Under the pieces are notes generated by a model that was not told the DNA's origin, did not search any database, and was given only the letters and a program-made list of their open reading frames with translations. The position numbers were made by a program, and so were the translations under genes. Of a stretch of 49,306 bases of DNA, positions 9,336 through 17,846 are shown one piece after another. The stretch's first letter is position 1. Each line of letters starts with the position of its first letter. The stretch lies in contig JAJDNT010000239.1 of assembly GCA_022340515.1 (NCBI GenBank), forward strand, positions 1 to 49,306, read 5' to 3'. This DNA is from Deltaproteobacteria bacterium. Its GTDB lineage: Bacteria > Desulfobacterota > Syntrophobacteria > BM002.

Positions 9336-10469
9336 ATGCGAGAATTATTAATAACTTGCCTTATTGCTATTTTGCTTTTTACAGTTTCCATGGCCTCTGG
9401 TCAGAAGAAAGACTTCGAAGAAGAACAAAGACTTCAACAGGAGCAATGGGAGGAGTTAACCAAAGAAGGGGAGGATTTGTTCATAGAGACGGAGCAGGAG
9501 TGGCAGCAAATGCTCCGGCAACAGCAAAAAGACTGGGACCGGATGGTGGCGGAGATTAACCGCATCTGGCTAGACAGCCTTACCACCACCAAAAAAGAGT
9601 GGGTAGATTACAGTGACCAATACTCCACTCGTTCCTACGTGAACTTTGAAAAAGGGGATATGGTCCTGGCTACCATGATCAAAACCAGTGAAAGCCGGGT
9701 CACCGAGGTGAGCAAAGAGAGACTCAGAAGGCAGTTGGCCAAGGCCCTTTCCTCCAGCAACCCTTCAGGCCGTTCTATTTTGGCAGGCCAAATCGTAGAT
9801 AGTCGTGGACAGCCGGTGACCCAAGAAAACCTGGATCGCTATCTTGATGAAGAAGTTTTTCCTAGACTTAAGCGCGACCCGCAGCCTCTGGTGGGTAAGG
9901 ATGGTTTGCCCCGCTATAAGCTCTCGGTTCCCATGAAACTGGTCCCCAATCATACAATGATTAGAGCACAACCCTACATCCCTGAAGTAAAACGGCAATC
10001 CCAAAGATTTCGCTTGCGGCCAGAGTTGGTAATGGCAGTGATGCACACTGAGTCATATTTCGACCCTTTGGCAAGATCCCATGTCCCCGCCTATGGACTT
10101 ATGCAACTGGTGCCAATTTATGGGGCGCGGGAAGCTTATCAGTATGTCTACGGACGAGATAGAGTTCTTCCGGCCAACTACCTTTACCAGCCCACCAACA
10201 ACATCGAATTGGGAGCGGCCTACCTAAGCTTATTAACCTACAAACATTTCGCCGGAGAAAACCACCCAGTTAAGAATCTGTATTTTTCTGTTTGTGGTTA
10301 CAACTGGGGCCCCACGTCTATCCAGCGTAAGATAATCCGTCGGTATCCCACCTCTAACATGACTCCAGAGCAGCTTTACGTGGTTCTGCGCCAACGGACG
10401 CCTCGAGAGACAAGTGACTATCTCCAGCGGGTCACCCAGCGGATGCCCATGTATCAATCACTTTTTTAG
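9336..10469 (+). CDS. Lytic murein transglycosylase, MltC-like (DUF3393-type + SLT domain), exported
   Basis: SLT motifs TESYFDP, GLMQL, NNIELGAAYL, YNWG. Signal peptide from ATG 9336, which follows RBS GGAGG. Confidence 0.85.
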   Translation: MRELLITCLIAILLFTVSMASGQKKDFEEEQRLQQEQWEELTKEGEDLFIETEQEWQQMLRQQQKDWDRMVAEINRIWLDSLTTTKKEWVDYSDQYSTRSYVNFEKGDMVLATMIKTSESRVTEVSKERLRRQLAKALSSSNPSGRSILAGQIVDSRGQPVTQENLDRYLDEEVFPRLKRDPQPLVGKDGLPRYKLSVPMKLVPNHTMIRAQPYIPEVKRQSQRFRLRPELVMAVMHTESYFDPLARSHVPAYGLMQLVPIYGAREAYQYVYGRDRVLPANYLYQPTNNIELGAAYLSLLTYKHFAGENHPVKNLYFSVCGYNWGPTSIQRKIIRRYPTSNMTPEQLYVVLRQRTPRETSDYLQRVTQRMPMYQSLF

Positions 10470-10494
10470 TCAATACAATTAGTTAGTGCGGTGA

Positions 10495-11160
10495 TTAAGG
10501 GTTCATCTTGGCCTCTTTGATCAGCTCTGGTTTTGGTATGAGGGCACCGGTGGGACAAATTGTGGCGCAGGCTAGGCAACCGTGACAGGGTAGATCCACT
10601 GGCTCGGCGCTGCCGAAGAAACCGATGACGGTGTCGAAGCCCCGTTGAGCAAAGGTCAAAAGATTATGACCATTTTTTTCCCGGCAGACATAGACGCATT
10701 TCCCACAAAGGACGCAGCGATAGGGGTAATAAGTGAAAAAAGTGAGGTCGACTTCTTCCTCAACTTCTCGGTCTATGTATTCTAAGGGTTTGGGATTCAA
10801 GCCGACCTTGAGGTGCTTGGCAATGCGAATCAACTGACAGCTGCCTTTAACCGGACAAACTTTTGCCTCGCAGGGATGTCCGGACATGAGCAGCTTAAAG
10901 GCCGTGCGCTGCAGGCGTCTCACTGTAGGTGTGTCGGTTTTCACCACCAAGCCTTCCCGTACTTTCTCTGTGCATGCGGTCACAGGCCGGTCAAGGCCAT
11001 CGATTTCTACAAAGCACAGTCTGCATGAGGCATGGGGGTGCTGCCTCGTTTTTATAAAACACAGATTGGGGATAAATATCCCGTTCTCCAGACACGCCTG
11101 GAGAAGAGAGTTTCCTGCTTCCGTCTTGATCTCTTTGTCGTCGACAATAAGTTTGATCAT
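10495..11160 (-). CDS. Fe-S subunit, HoxU/NuoG N-terminal-like (2Fe-2S plus 4Fe-4S motifs), no catalytic domain
   Basis: IPNLC...SCRLCFVE...TAC (2Fe-2S); H..C..C motif; CVLCGKCVYVC and CHGCLACATICP. Confidence 0.85.
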   Translation of the reverse strand: MIKLIVDDKEIKTEAGNSLLQACLENGIFIPNLCFIKTRQHPHASCRLCFVEIDGLDRPVTACTEKVREGLVVKTDTPTVRRLQRTAFKLLMSGHPCEAKVCPVKGSCQLIRIAKHLKVGLNPKPLEYIDREVEEEVDLTFFTYYPYRCVLCGKCVYVCREKNGHNLLTFAQRGFDTVIGFFGSAEPVDLPCHGCLACATICPTGALIPKPELIKEAKMNP

Positions 11161-11325
11161 TGTTACCTTGCGGTTATCTGGATTCAGAGGTTCAAAGTAA
11201 TGGGTGCAGGCTCAACTCGGTTCCCCTTCGCTTCTCAAATGGAATAGGGGATAGTAAAAAGTCCAAAACCACCCCCTGAGCAAGAACCTCAGATAACTCC
11301 TGATTTCATATAGCTGTAAAAGCCT

Positions 11326-13278
11326 CTAAACTGCTGACTTCTTGCTTTCCTTTTTCTCCTCAGGTGGTCGCTCGATAATGGGAGCTAGCTCTGGTGGTGA
11401 AACTTTAAACACCGCGTCGTATTCCGGGGGGCAGACCGACCTGCATTCCCCACATTTGACACAGAGCTCCTGGTCTATAGCTTTTTTCCTACCTTTGGTG
11501 GTGAATATGGCATCCACCGGACAACAGCCAACACAGACTTCACATCCTCGAGCGCATTTTTCCAAGTCAATGTAGTAGGCGATAAGAGTTCTGCACTTTA
11601 AAGCCGGGCATCTCTTCTCATTGATGTGGGCTTCGTATTCTTCCCGAAAATATTTGAGTGATGTTAGCACTGGGTTGGGAGCAGTTTTACCCAGTCCACA
11701 GAGAGAGCCGTCTTTGATGTCCTTGCTTAATGTCTCCAGTAGTTCAAGATCTTTCTCCCGACCTTCGCCTTTGGTGATGCGATCCAAAATATTGAGAAGG
11801 TGGTTAGTGCCGATGCGACAAAAGGTGCATTTGCCGCAAGATTCCTTCTGGGTGAAGTCAAGAAAATACCGGGATACGTCCACCATGCAGCTGTCCTCAT
11901 CCATCACCACCATGCCGCCCGATCCCATCATCGCCCCTGCTTGAGTGAGGGAGTCGAAATCAATTGGAGTATCAAGAAAGCTGCTGGGCAAACAACCGCC
12001 CGAGGGCCCGCCTATTTGTACCGCCTTGAACTCCTTTTTCTTGGGAATTCCACCGCAGACATCAAAAATAAGCGTCCGGAGACTTGTTCCCATGGCAATT
12101 TCAACTAGCCCTGGATGTTTGACATTGCCCACCACGGAAAAGATGGCGGTTCCAGGGCTGTGCTCAGTACCGATGGTGCGAAACCATTCAGGCCCCCTTA
12201 GAATGATGCTGGGCACGGAAGATAGGGTCTTAACGTTGTTGACCACAGTCGGCCGCCCCCAAAGCCCCTTTTCTACCGGAAAGGGCGGGCGGTGCTGGGG
12301 CATTCCACGCTTTCCCTCTATGGACTGGATCAGGGCTGTTTCCTCGCCGCAAACGAAGGCCCCGGAACCTTGAAATACCGAAACCTCGAAGTTAAAAGAT
12401 GTTCCGAGAATGGAAGGCCCGAGGAGGGACAGCTCCTCGGCACTCTTTATTGCCTTCTGGAGGGCCTTTACGGCAAGGGGATATTCCGCCCTGACATAGG
12501 CAATGGAACGGTTGGCTCCCACTGCATAGGCACAAATTGCCAGACCTTCCAACAACTGGTGCGGATTGCTTTCCAGAATGGTGCGGTCCATGTAGGCCCC
12601 CGGGTCCCCTTCATCCCCATTACAAATAACAAATTTGTCATCTATTTCGGTAGCTCTGGCAATTCGCCACTTGCGCCCCGTGGGAAAACCGGCGCCCCCT
12701 CTGCCCCGCAGCCCCGATTTTTCTACTAGGTCAATTACCTCTTCAGGCTCAGCCTCTAAAGCCTTGACCAAACCGGAATATCCGCCTTTGGCAACGTATT
12801 GATAAATGTCATTGGGATCAATGTGGCCACAGTGTTCCATGACCAAACGTTGTTCCAGGCTGAAGCGGGGAAAGTCCATCACTGCAGGGATCAAGTCGTT
12901 TTCTTCCATGGCTCCCAAGACATATTTTAGAACTGGATCGCCGCCTTCTAGGTAGGATCTGACAAGGATTCGAGCTCGGTCTGCATTAATTTGGTAATAG
13001 CAAATGGGGGGAAATCCCGCTGTGGGATGATCTATGATTACCAGAGGTTCCGCATAGCAATGGCCGAGACATCCGACCGGTACGATGCGAGCCTTAATGG
13101 ACTTTTCAGAGAGGGCTTCTTCGAAGGCCTGTTTGGTCTCAGTTGCTCCAGAGGCTAGGCCGCAGGTGGACATTACGATAAAGATGGTTGGAATAGATTC
13201 TTTATTCTTTTCCTCGTTCCGCCGTTCCGACTCTCTCTGGATAGAAGCAAAACGTTCCCTAAGCTCTAGCTTACTCAC
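11326..13278 (-). CDS. NADH-binding flavoprotein subunit, HoxF/HydB/NuoF-like
   Basis: GRGGAGFPTG, CNGDEGDPG, GAFVCGEETAL, ESCGKCTFCR; N-terminal 2Fe-2S domain and C-terminal 2x4Fe-4S. Probable GTG start at 13278 overlaps the upstream stop. Confidence 0.92.
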   Translation of the reverse strand: MSKLELRERFASIQRESERRNEEKNKESIPTIFIVMSTCGLASGATETKQAFEEALSEKSIKARIVPVGCLGHCYAEPLVIIDHPTAGFPPICYYQINADRARILVRSYLEGGDPVLKYVLGAMEENDLIPAVMDFPRFSLEQRLVMEHCGHIDPNDIYQYVAKGGYSGLVKALEAEPEEVIDLVEKSGLRGRGGAGFPTGRKWRIARATEIDDKFVICNGDEGDPGAYMDRTILESNPHQLLEGLAICAYAVGANRSIAYVRAEYPLAVKALQKAIKSAEELSLLGPSILGTSFNFEVSVFQGSGAFVCGEETALIQSIEGKRGMPQHRPPFPVEKGLWGRPTVVNNVKTLSSVPSIILRGPEWFRTIGTEHSPGTAIFSVVGNVKHPGLVEIAMGTSLRTLIFDVCGGIPKKKEFKAVQIGGPSGGCLPSSFLDTPIDFDSLTQAGAMMGSGGMVVMDEDSCMVDVSRYFLDFTQKESCGKCTFCRIGTNHLLNILDRITKGEGREKDLELLETLSKDIKDGSLCGLGKTAPNPVLTSLKYFREEYEAHINEKRCPALKCRTLIAYYIDLEKCARGCEVCVGCCPVDAIFTTKGRKKAIDQELCVKCGECRSVCPPEYDAVFKVSPPELAPIIERPPEEKKESKKSAV

Positions 13279-13807
13279 TCGCTTCCCTTTCAGCCTTCTC
13301 CCTTTCTTCCCGTTCTCGCTCAATCTGGAATTGCACGAATAAACCTTCCACCTTGCTGGGTTGCATGTGCCCCTGCACATTTTCATCAACCACGGCCACG
13401 GGTGCCAGGGCACAGCATCCTACACAAGCGACTCGCTCAACACTATATTCACGGTCAGGAGTTGTTTCCCCATCCTTTATCCCCAGTTTTCGTTCAAAGT
13501 TTTCCAGAATAATGTCGCCACCGGCTACGTGGCAGGCGGTGCCTAGACAAACCTTGATCTGGTGCTTACCTGGGGGATGAAAGCGAAACTGATTGTAAAA
13601 CGTAGCCACTCCAAAAACTTCGCTGGGAGTGATGCTGAGGTGAGTTGCCACCATCTCCATGGCGGTGGAGGCGAGATAAGAATGTTTCTCTTGAATGGAC
13701 TGGAGGATGGGTATGAGGTTTCCCCTATGTTTTTCGAATCCGGGCAGCAAGACTTTTATGTCCTGGATCATTTCCCATTCTTCGTGATCCAAGTCGGAAG
13801 GTGCCAT
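13271..13807 (-). CDS. 2Fe-2S subunit, HoxE/HydC/NuoE-like
   Basis: VATFYNQF, VCLGTACH, ACVGCCALAP. Start uncertain (13807 or 13858). Confidence 0.9.
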   Translation of the reverse strand: MAPSDLDHEEWEMIQDIKVLLPGFEKHRGNLIPILQSIQEKHSYLASTAMEMVATHLSITPSEVFGVATFYNQFRFHPPGKHQIKVCLGTACHVAGGDIILENFERKLGIKDGETTPDREYSVERVACVGCCALAPVAVVDENVQGHMQPSKVEGLFVQFQIEREREEREKAEREASE

Positions 13808-13893
13808 ACCTACCCCGTCGTTGTAGAGTGCCACTAGTGGTTTATCCTCTCCATGCAACCGGCCTTAAAGATCTCAGGGCAGAGAATTCATCC

Positions 13894-13995
13894 CTCGCCT
13901 GGATATTCATGCATGCTACGGACTGGCGTGACCGCGAGCATGGGTATGCCATGTTCACGGACTCAAAAGGACGATTAATCAAATATCCGGGCTGA
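13894..13995. mobile_element. Degenerate, internally shorter relative of the 8125-8310 MITE
   Basis: Ends CTCGCCTGGATATTCATG and ATCAAATATCCGGGCTGA resemble the TIR CTAGCCCGGATATTTCATG. Confidence 0.55.
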
Positions 13996-14008
13996 CTGCG
14001 GTATGTTA

Positions 14009-14017
14009 ATTATAGCA
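14009..14017 (-). promoter_or_regulatory. Extended -10 sigma70 promoter for the diaphorase operon
   Basis: TGCTATAAT on the minus strand about 200 nt upstream of the nuoE-like start. Confidence 0.5.
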
Positions 14018-14071
14018 CAAACTATCTATTCTTGCGCAACTGTAAGTTGCCATTTTGGAAGGTTGTTCGGC

Positions 14072-14097
14072 TTCATAGCCTGGTGGGGGGCTATGAA
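14072..14097 (-). terminator. Hairpin downstream of the pilP-like gene
   Basis: TTCATAGCC-N8-GGCTATGAA, 9-bp stem; no clear U-tract. Confidence 0.3.
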
Positions 14098-14158
14098 CGC
14101 TCTATTTGGGGTGTAATGAAGGAGAGTTTTACTTATTAATACAACTGATTAAGTTTGC

Positions 14159-14977
14159 TTATTCTTCGGCCTCAACCTTTTTCAGCTTGAGGACTACCTC
14201 AGTTGGTTCTAATCGACCTTTGGCGGAGTCTCGTCTATATTCCTCAACAATTATCCTATCTTGGTAGATCTTTTTTACTATGCCATCGTGCTGACCAACG
14301 TACGTCCCCTCCTGAACCACATATCCCTTGCCGGTGGCGTCTTCCACCAAAGCCTTGTTGCCGAGCTGTCCCCAAATGATTGCCTTGAGGCCGGCTTGAA
14401 TCTCACTTAAAGGCATTTTCTGCAGTGGAGTAAGTTGGCGGCGAACCACGGTTGGGGCTTCCTCTGTGGCTGCGCTGGCCAGGATGAAAGCTTTGAAAGG
14501 ATCAGGTTTACCAGTGGGATCATATTTCCACCCGGTCTCAGTAGTAGCGAGTTCTGTTGTGGTAGTCGGTGACGAACTCGCCGTGGTGGTGGAGCTGCCT
14601 GGCGGTTTTTCCTGGGGAGCCTTTTTCTTGGTAGCAAGCATGACTGGTCCACTGGTTTTCGGGGCTGTAAGGCGGTAAGCTTCAGAATTGACGTACTTAT
14701 ACTCAAAATTGTTATCTTTTGCCTGTTGGATGGTCTTGGCATCCACGTATTTACCTTTGAGCTCATCCAGGCTTTTGGGTACATTCCCTTTCTCTTTTTT
14801 ATAGGCTTGTATCCCCTTGTGCATTTTTCGCAACAGTGCTATCTGAGGATTCTGTTCAACTCTTTGAACTGTGGTGGATGAGTGTTCTACGACCTTGGTT
14901 TTGTTGACATACCAGACGTAGTAACCGACCAGCGCCAATAGAATGACGGCAAGAATTATAATTTTCTTGTCTTTCAT
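14159..14977 (-). CDS. PilP-domain protein with N-terminal membrane anchor and an extra pseudopilin-like domain
   Basis: C-terminal YDPTGKPDPF...TPLQK...ALVEDATGKGYVVQEGTYVGQHDG reads as PilP. N-terminal TM segment without lipobox; Ser/Thr-rich linker. Confidence 0.7.
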   Translation of the reverse strand: MKDKKIIILAVILLALVGYYVWYVNKTKVVEHSSTTVQRVEQNPQIALLRKMHKGIQAYKKEKGNVPKSLDELKGKYVDAKTIQQAKDNNFEYKYVNSEAYRLTAPKTSGPVMLATKKKAPQEKPPGSSTTTASSSPTTTTELATTETGWKYDPTGKPDPFKAFILASAATEEAPTVVRRQLTPLQKMPLSEIQAGLKAIIWGQLGNKALVEDATGKGYVVQEGTYVGQHDGIVKKIYQDRIIVEEYRRDSAKGRLEPTEVVLKLKKVEAEE

Positions 14978-15148
14978 CCGTCACCCCCCGGTGATGTTGT
15001 GCTCAGCATAATGTTGGAACAGTTTGATTTCACAGTAGATAATTGTCTATATCTTATATGCAAGAAATATGCAAGCCGAAATGGCTAGTAGGGAAAGAAA
15101 TGTGTTGTTTGTCCGGCAAAGCCAAAAGATAAAGGATCTGCTCAGTTG

Positions 15149-15661
15149 TTAAAATCCCACCAAGTTGCGATATCCTTGTGAGTCGTAGTCATTCCGGGTA
15201 TCAAAGGTGGGTACCAATTTGTCGGATGGTATGGCTGGATCGGGAGCAACCGCTGGCTTCAGGTCGTAAGGGCAATCATCGCTGGGAAGCCAAAAGTAGA
15301 AACCTAGTTTCCCCCCCTCGTGGGCCACATAAAAGTCCCATCTATTATCAGCACCAGACCCCTCAGCATCATAAAGGATCAATAGGCTCATTCCTGGATT
15401 TAAGGTGATCTCCGGATAATCAGGCGGGGATGTTCCTCCTGGTACCAGGCCCCAGTTAGTGGGCAAATCAGTTTCAGCTCTGGTCAGCAGGTTTCTCATA
15501 AATGCTATGGTTTGAGCGTCATTGGCTTTCATCCTTTCTTCCTGGACAGTCTTGATTGCAATGGTGGCTAGCACTCCTATGATTGCAATGACCATCAAGA
15601 GCTCGACAAGCGTAAAACCTTTTTTATTTGAGACTGAAAAAAGGGTTATCTTGCAACGCAT
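15149..15661 (-). CDS. Type IV pilin or pilin-like protein
   Basis: Class III signal KKG|FTLVELLMVIAIIGVLATIAI with E5; ATG 15661 after GGAGG. Confidence 0.9.
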   Translation of the reverse strand: MRCKITLFSVSNKKGFTLVELLMVIAIIGVLATIAIKTVQEERMKANDAQTIAFMRNLLTRAETDLPTNWGLVPGGTSPPDYPEITLNPGMSLLILYDAEGSGADNRWDFYVAHEGGKLGFYFWLPSDDCPYDLKPAVAPDPAIPSDKLVPTFDTRNDYDSQGYRNLVGF

Positions 15662-15783
15662 ATCCTTTTCCTCCAGCCAGAAAGAAACCATCCACTTTGA
15701 GTGTTATATAGTATACGCCCCATCTAGCCTATACGGAACCGGGGCAAAAGACCCATTGACCTGTCTTGCAGCCATGGAAAACT

Positions 15784-15800
15784 AGCAATAACAATGCCAG
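15784..15800 (-). promoter_or_regulatory. Sigma54 (-24/-12) promoter of the pilin gene
   Basis: CTGGCATTGTTATTGCT on the minus strand, with exact GG-N10-GC spacing. Confidence 0.75.
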
Positions 15801-15954
15801 TTTGCGTAAGGACACCAAAAGAGCTTTAAATGATCCATGCTAGTTTATTGTTAAAACTGAAAATGCTTGAAATGGCTCACACTTATAGAGTCAGTCTTCT
15901 TTCTGCCACAAATCTCAACTCACGAAGCTCTCTTGAAAGGTTTTTTTGCGATTT

Positions 15955-15971
15955 ATGACAGTCTTTGTCAT
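15955..15971. promoter_or_regulatory. Palindromic candidate enhancer site for a sigma54 activator (PilR-like)
   Basis: ATGACA-GTCTT-TGTCAT, about 160 bp upstream of the -24 element. Confidence 0.45.
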
Positions 15972-16147
15972 CGTCTGCCATCTCACGTCAGTTGATTGGA
16001 ATCAAACCCAATGCAAGATACCATACAAATTTAGCTGCAAATAGCCTGTCAAATCCCCCGGTGGGGGCTGGTTTGGTTGTAAAGATATAGTCTTCGAACG
16101 GAGAGTCGTTAGGCCCCGGCTTAGCCGCATGGGGCGAGGGCTTATTG

Positions 16148-16351
16148 CTAGCGCAGCTTTGTAGCGCCTTGCGTTTTTTTATACTCTTTAAATTCTGGGC
16201 AGTTGCGGCATGAAAAGCTCACCCAGTATTTCTTGACTGCCTCCTCTAAACACTTCTGGTAGTGGGGACAGTCAAAGTATCGATGGGCAGTTACGTTACC
16301 GTATCTGAGCTCTTTCTGTAACTCCTTAGCGGGCGTAGGCATTAATTCCAC
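16148..16351 (-). CDS. Small 4-Cys protein (Cx5C-x13-Cx2C), putative Zn or Fe-S binding
   Basis: RBS GAGGAGG upstream; HRYFDCPHYQKCLEEAVKKYWVSFSCRNCPEF. Start GTG 16351 or ATG 16342. Confidence 0.6.
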   Translation of the reverse strand: MELMPTPAKELQKELRYGNVTAHRYFDCPHYQKCLEEAVKKYWVSFSCRNCPEFKEYKKTQGATKLR

Positions 16352-16365
16352 TGCCTCCTCGTCTG

Positions 16366-16438
16366 GGTCTGATTGGTATCCTCCACAGGAAAATCGCTAT
16401 GGTTTAAGCCCTGCCAGGAGGATAATTCAGCTCAGACC
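16366..16438 (-). promoter_or_regulatory. Structured 5' leader of the small Cys protein gene
   Basis: Stems GGTCTGA/TCAGACC, TATCCTCC/GGAGGATA and CAGG/CCTG, ending just before the RBS. Confidence 0.45.
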
Positions 16439-16520
16439 GAAATCAATGAATTATTACAACAGATTGTCAAGGCTATTTTATAACATTTTCAGGCAAAAAT
16501 GAAAAGTATTATCTAACTCC

Positions 16521-16685
16521 CCTGATCACCAGCAAGGCATCATCTGCCGTTCGACAGGCTCACGGCCCTGAGCCAAGTCGAAGGGCGGCGTTGCCTTCGA
16601 TCGCTCCTCCTTGCGGCGTATTGCCTCATACGGTTCAGTCGTCGCTCCTCGGCGCCTTGCATCTAATACCTTGATGGTGATCAGG
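16521..16685. mobile_element. MITE-like element with 20-bp TIRs and a nested REP-like hairpin (about 16546-16586)
   Basis: CCTGATCACCAGCAAGGCAT versus reverse complement of right end CCTGATCACCATCAAGGTAT (18/20). Inner hairpin TTCGACAGGCTCA...TGAGCCAAGTCGAA. Confidence 0.7.
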
Positions 16686-16747
16686 AATACTCCATAAGCA
16701 GCTGATTTCAGTCCTGATAAGTAAATTGGACGGTGGTTTTGGGACTC

Positions 16748-17608
16748 CTAGGGCCCCGTGGCACTGTACCATGTACTATTGGGATACTTGGCAAGACGGG
16801 CGCCCCTGGCATCTTGAATTAGTTGGATTACAGCAGCTGCGTTGGCATTACCCATGGTGGCAGCCTGGCGTAACATGGGCAAGGCCGGGTCTTCAATGAG
16901 GGCTAGGCAAGCAGGGGCACCGCCCAGTATCTTTTTCCGGGCGAAGGCTGGAATTTTTGAGAGGAAACCGGTTGCGGGGCTGGAGGTTTCGCCTGCCTTT
17001 TGGACCAACAGCTGCAATAGGCGATTGTCGCTCATCCAAGCGCGGTCAGAACTGCTCAAGGTGCCGCCGTTCAAGACGATGTTACGCTTTTGCTGTAAAA
17101 TGGCTTGCAGTCCTCCAATTGCACCGTTGGCCACATCCGGGTTCGGGCTTTCCAGATAGAAAAGGATGGAGCCGAGATACTCCATGGTGGCCGCTTTTTC
17201 GAATGCTGCATCCAAAAACTGCTTGTTAACTTTCTTGTTCCAAGAAGTCTGGGGCATGGCAATCAATCTTGTCAGCACGGCCAAATTCGCCCCTGAAAGT
17301 CGATTGAGGGTTATGTGATATTGCTGTTTGTAGTAAACGGCCGAGTCTCTATTGCGCTCCAAATAGTATTTTTGGGCATGGCCATAGTAAATGAAGAGAA
17401 AAGCATTGTTGTTGGGATCATTTGCTTGATTTTGCGCCGAATCGATAACTTTGTCGTAATTGTTTCTGTCGAAGGCCTGGAGAATGTTTCGTTCCCAGTC
17501 GAGTAAAGGAAGTTCCGCCCAAGTGATGGACTGGGCCGAAAGATTCGTAACTCCAACGAGAAGTGACATAATAAAGGCTAAGGCAAAAAACCGTATCCTG
17601 TTGCCCAT
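16748..17608 (-). CDS. Exported hypothetical protein, alpha-helical (HEAT-like)
   Basis: Sec signal peptide (MGNRIRFFALAFIMSLLVGVTNLSA|Q); RBS AGGAG; 286 aa. Confidence 0.7.
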   Translation of the reverse strand: MGNRIRFFALAFIMSLLVGVTNLSAQSITWAELPLLDWERNILQAFDRNNYDKVIDSAQNQANDPNNNAFLFIYYGHAQKYYLERNRDSAVYYKQQYHITLNRLSGANLAVLTRLIAMPQTSWNKKVNKQFLDAAFEKAATMEYLGSILFYLESPNPDVANGAIGGLQAILQQKRNIVLNGGTLSSSDRAWMSDNRLLQLLVQKAGETSSPATGFLSKIPAFARKKILGGAPACLALIEDPALPMLRQAATMGNANAAAVIQLIQDARGARLAKYPNSTWYSATGP

Positions 17609-17624
17609 GACTTGGTCTCCTTTT

Positions 17625-17655
17625 CTGGCCCGGATATTTCATGAATCCGGGCTGA
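17625..17655. mobile_element. Minimal remnant of the 8125 MITE family (both ends, no interior)
   Basis: CTGGCCCGGATATTTCATGAATCCGGGCTGA. Confidence 0.6.
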
Positions 17656-17729
17656 TAGTAGCAATTAAGAGATTGGCTGCAGATTATAGGAACGCTAAGC
17701 CCTTATGTCAAACCAACGATGGCGCCATC

Positions 17730-17835
17730 TGGTCAGTTGCCCGTGATAAGGCATAGAGCAGAGGGCATAGAGCATAGAGTTCAAACATTTCGAAATTCGA
17801 AATTACCAGACCTGCCTAGTCCTTAGTGCCTAGTT
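17730..17835. repeat. Composite block of 7-nt tandem repeats (GCATAGA, TTCGAAA, TGCCTAG types)
   Basis: 17750-17780 matches 47320-47350 at 29/31 positions. Confidence 0.7.
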
Positions 17836-17846
17836 AGAATTGTGAT

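Noticed and set aside
10495-13807. Selenocysteine read-through in the redox subunits
   Set aside because: All three ORFs are uninterrupted; no in-frame TGA at Cys positions.
15059-15074. Second sigma54 promoter upstream of the pilP-like gene (TTGCATATTTCTTGCA)
   Set aside because: It lacks the invariant GG at -24.
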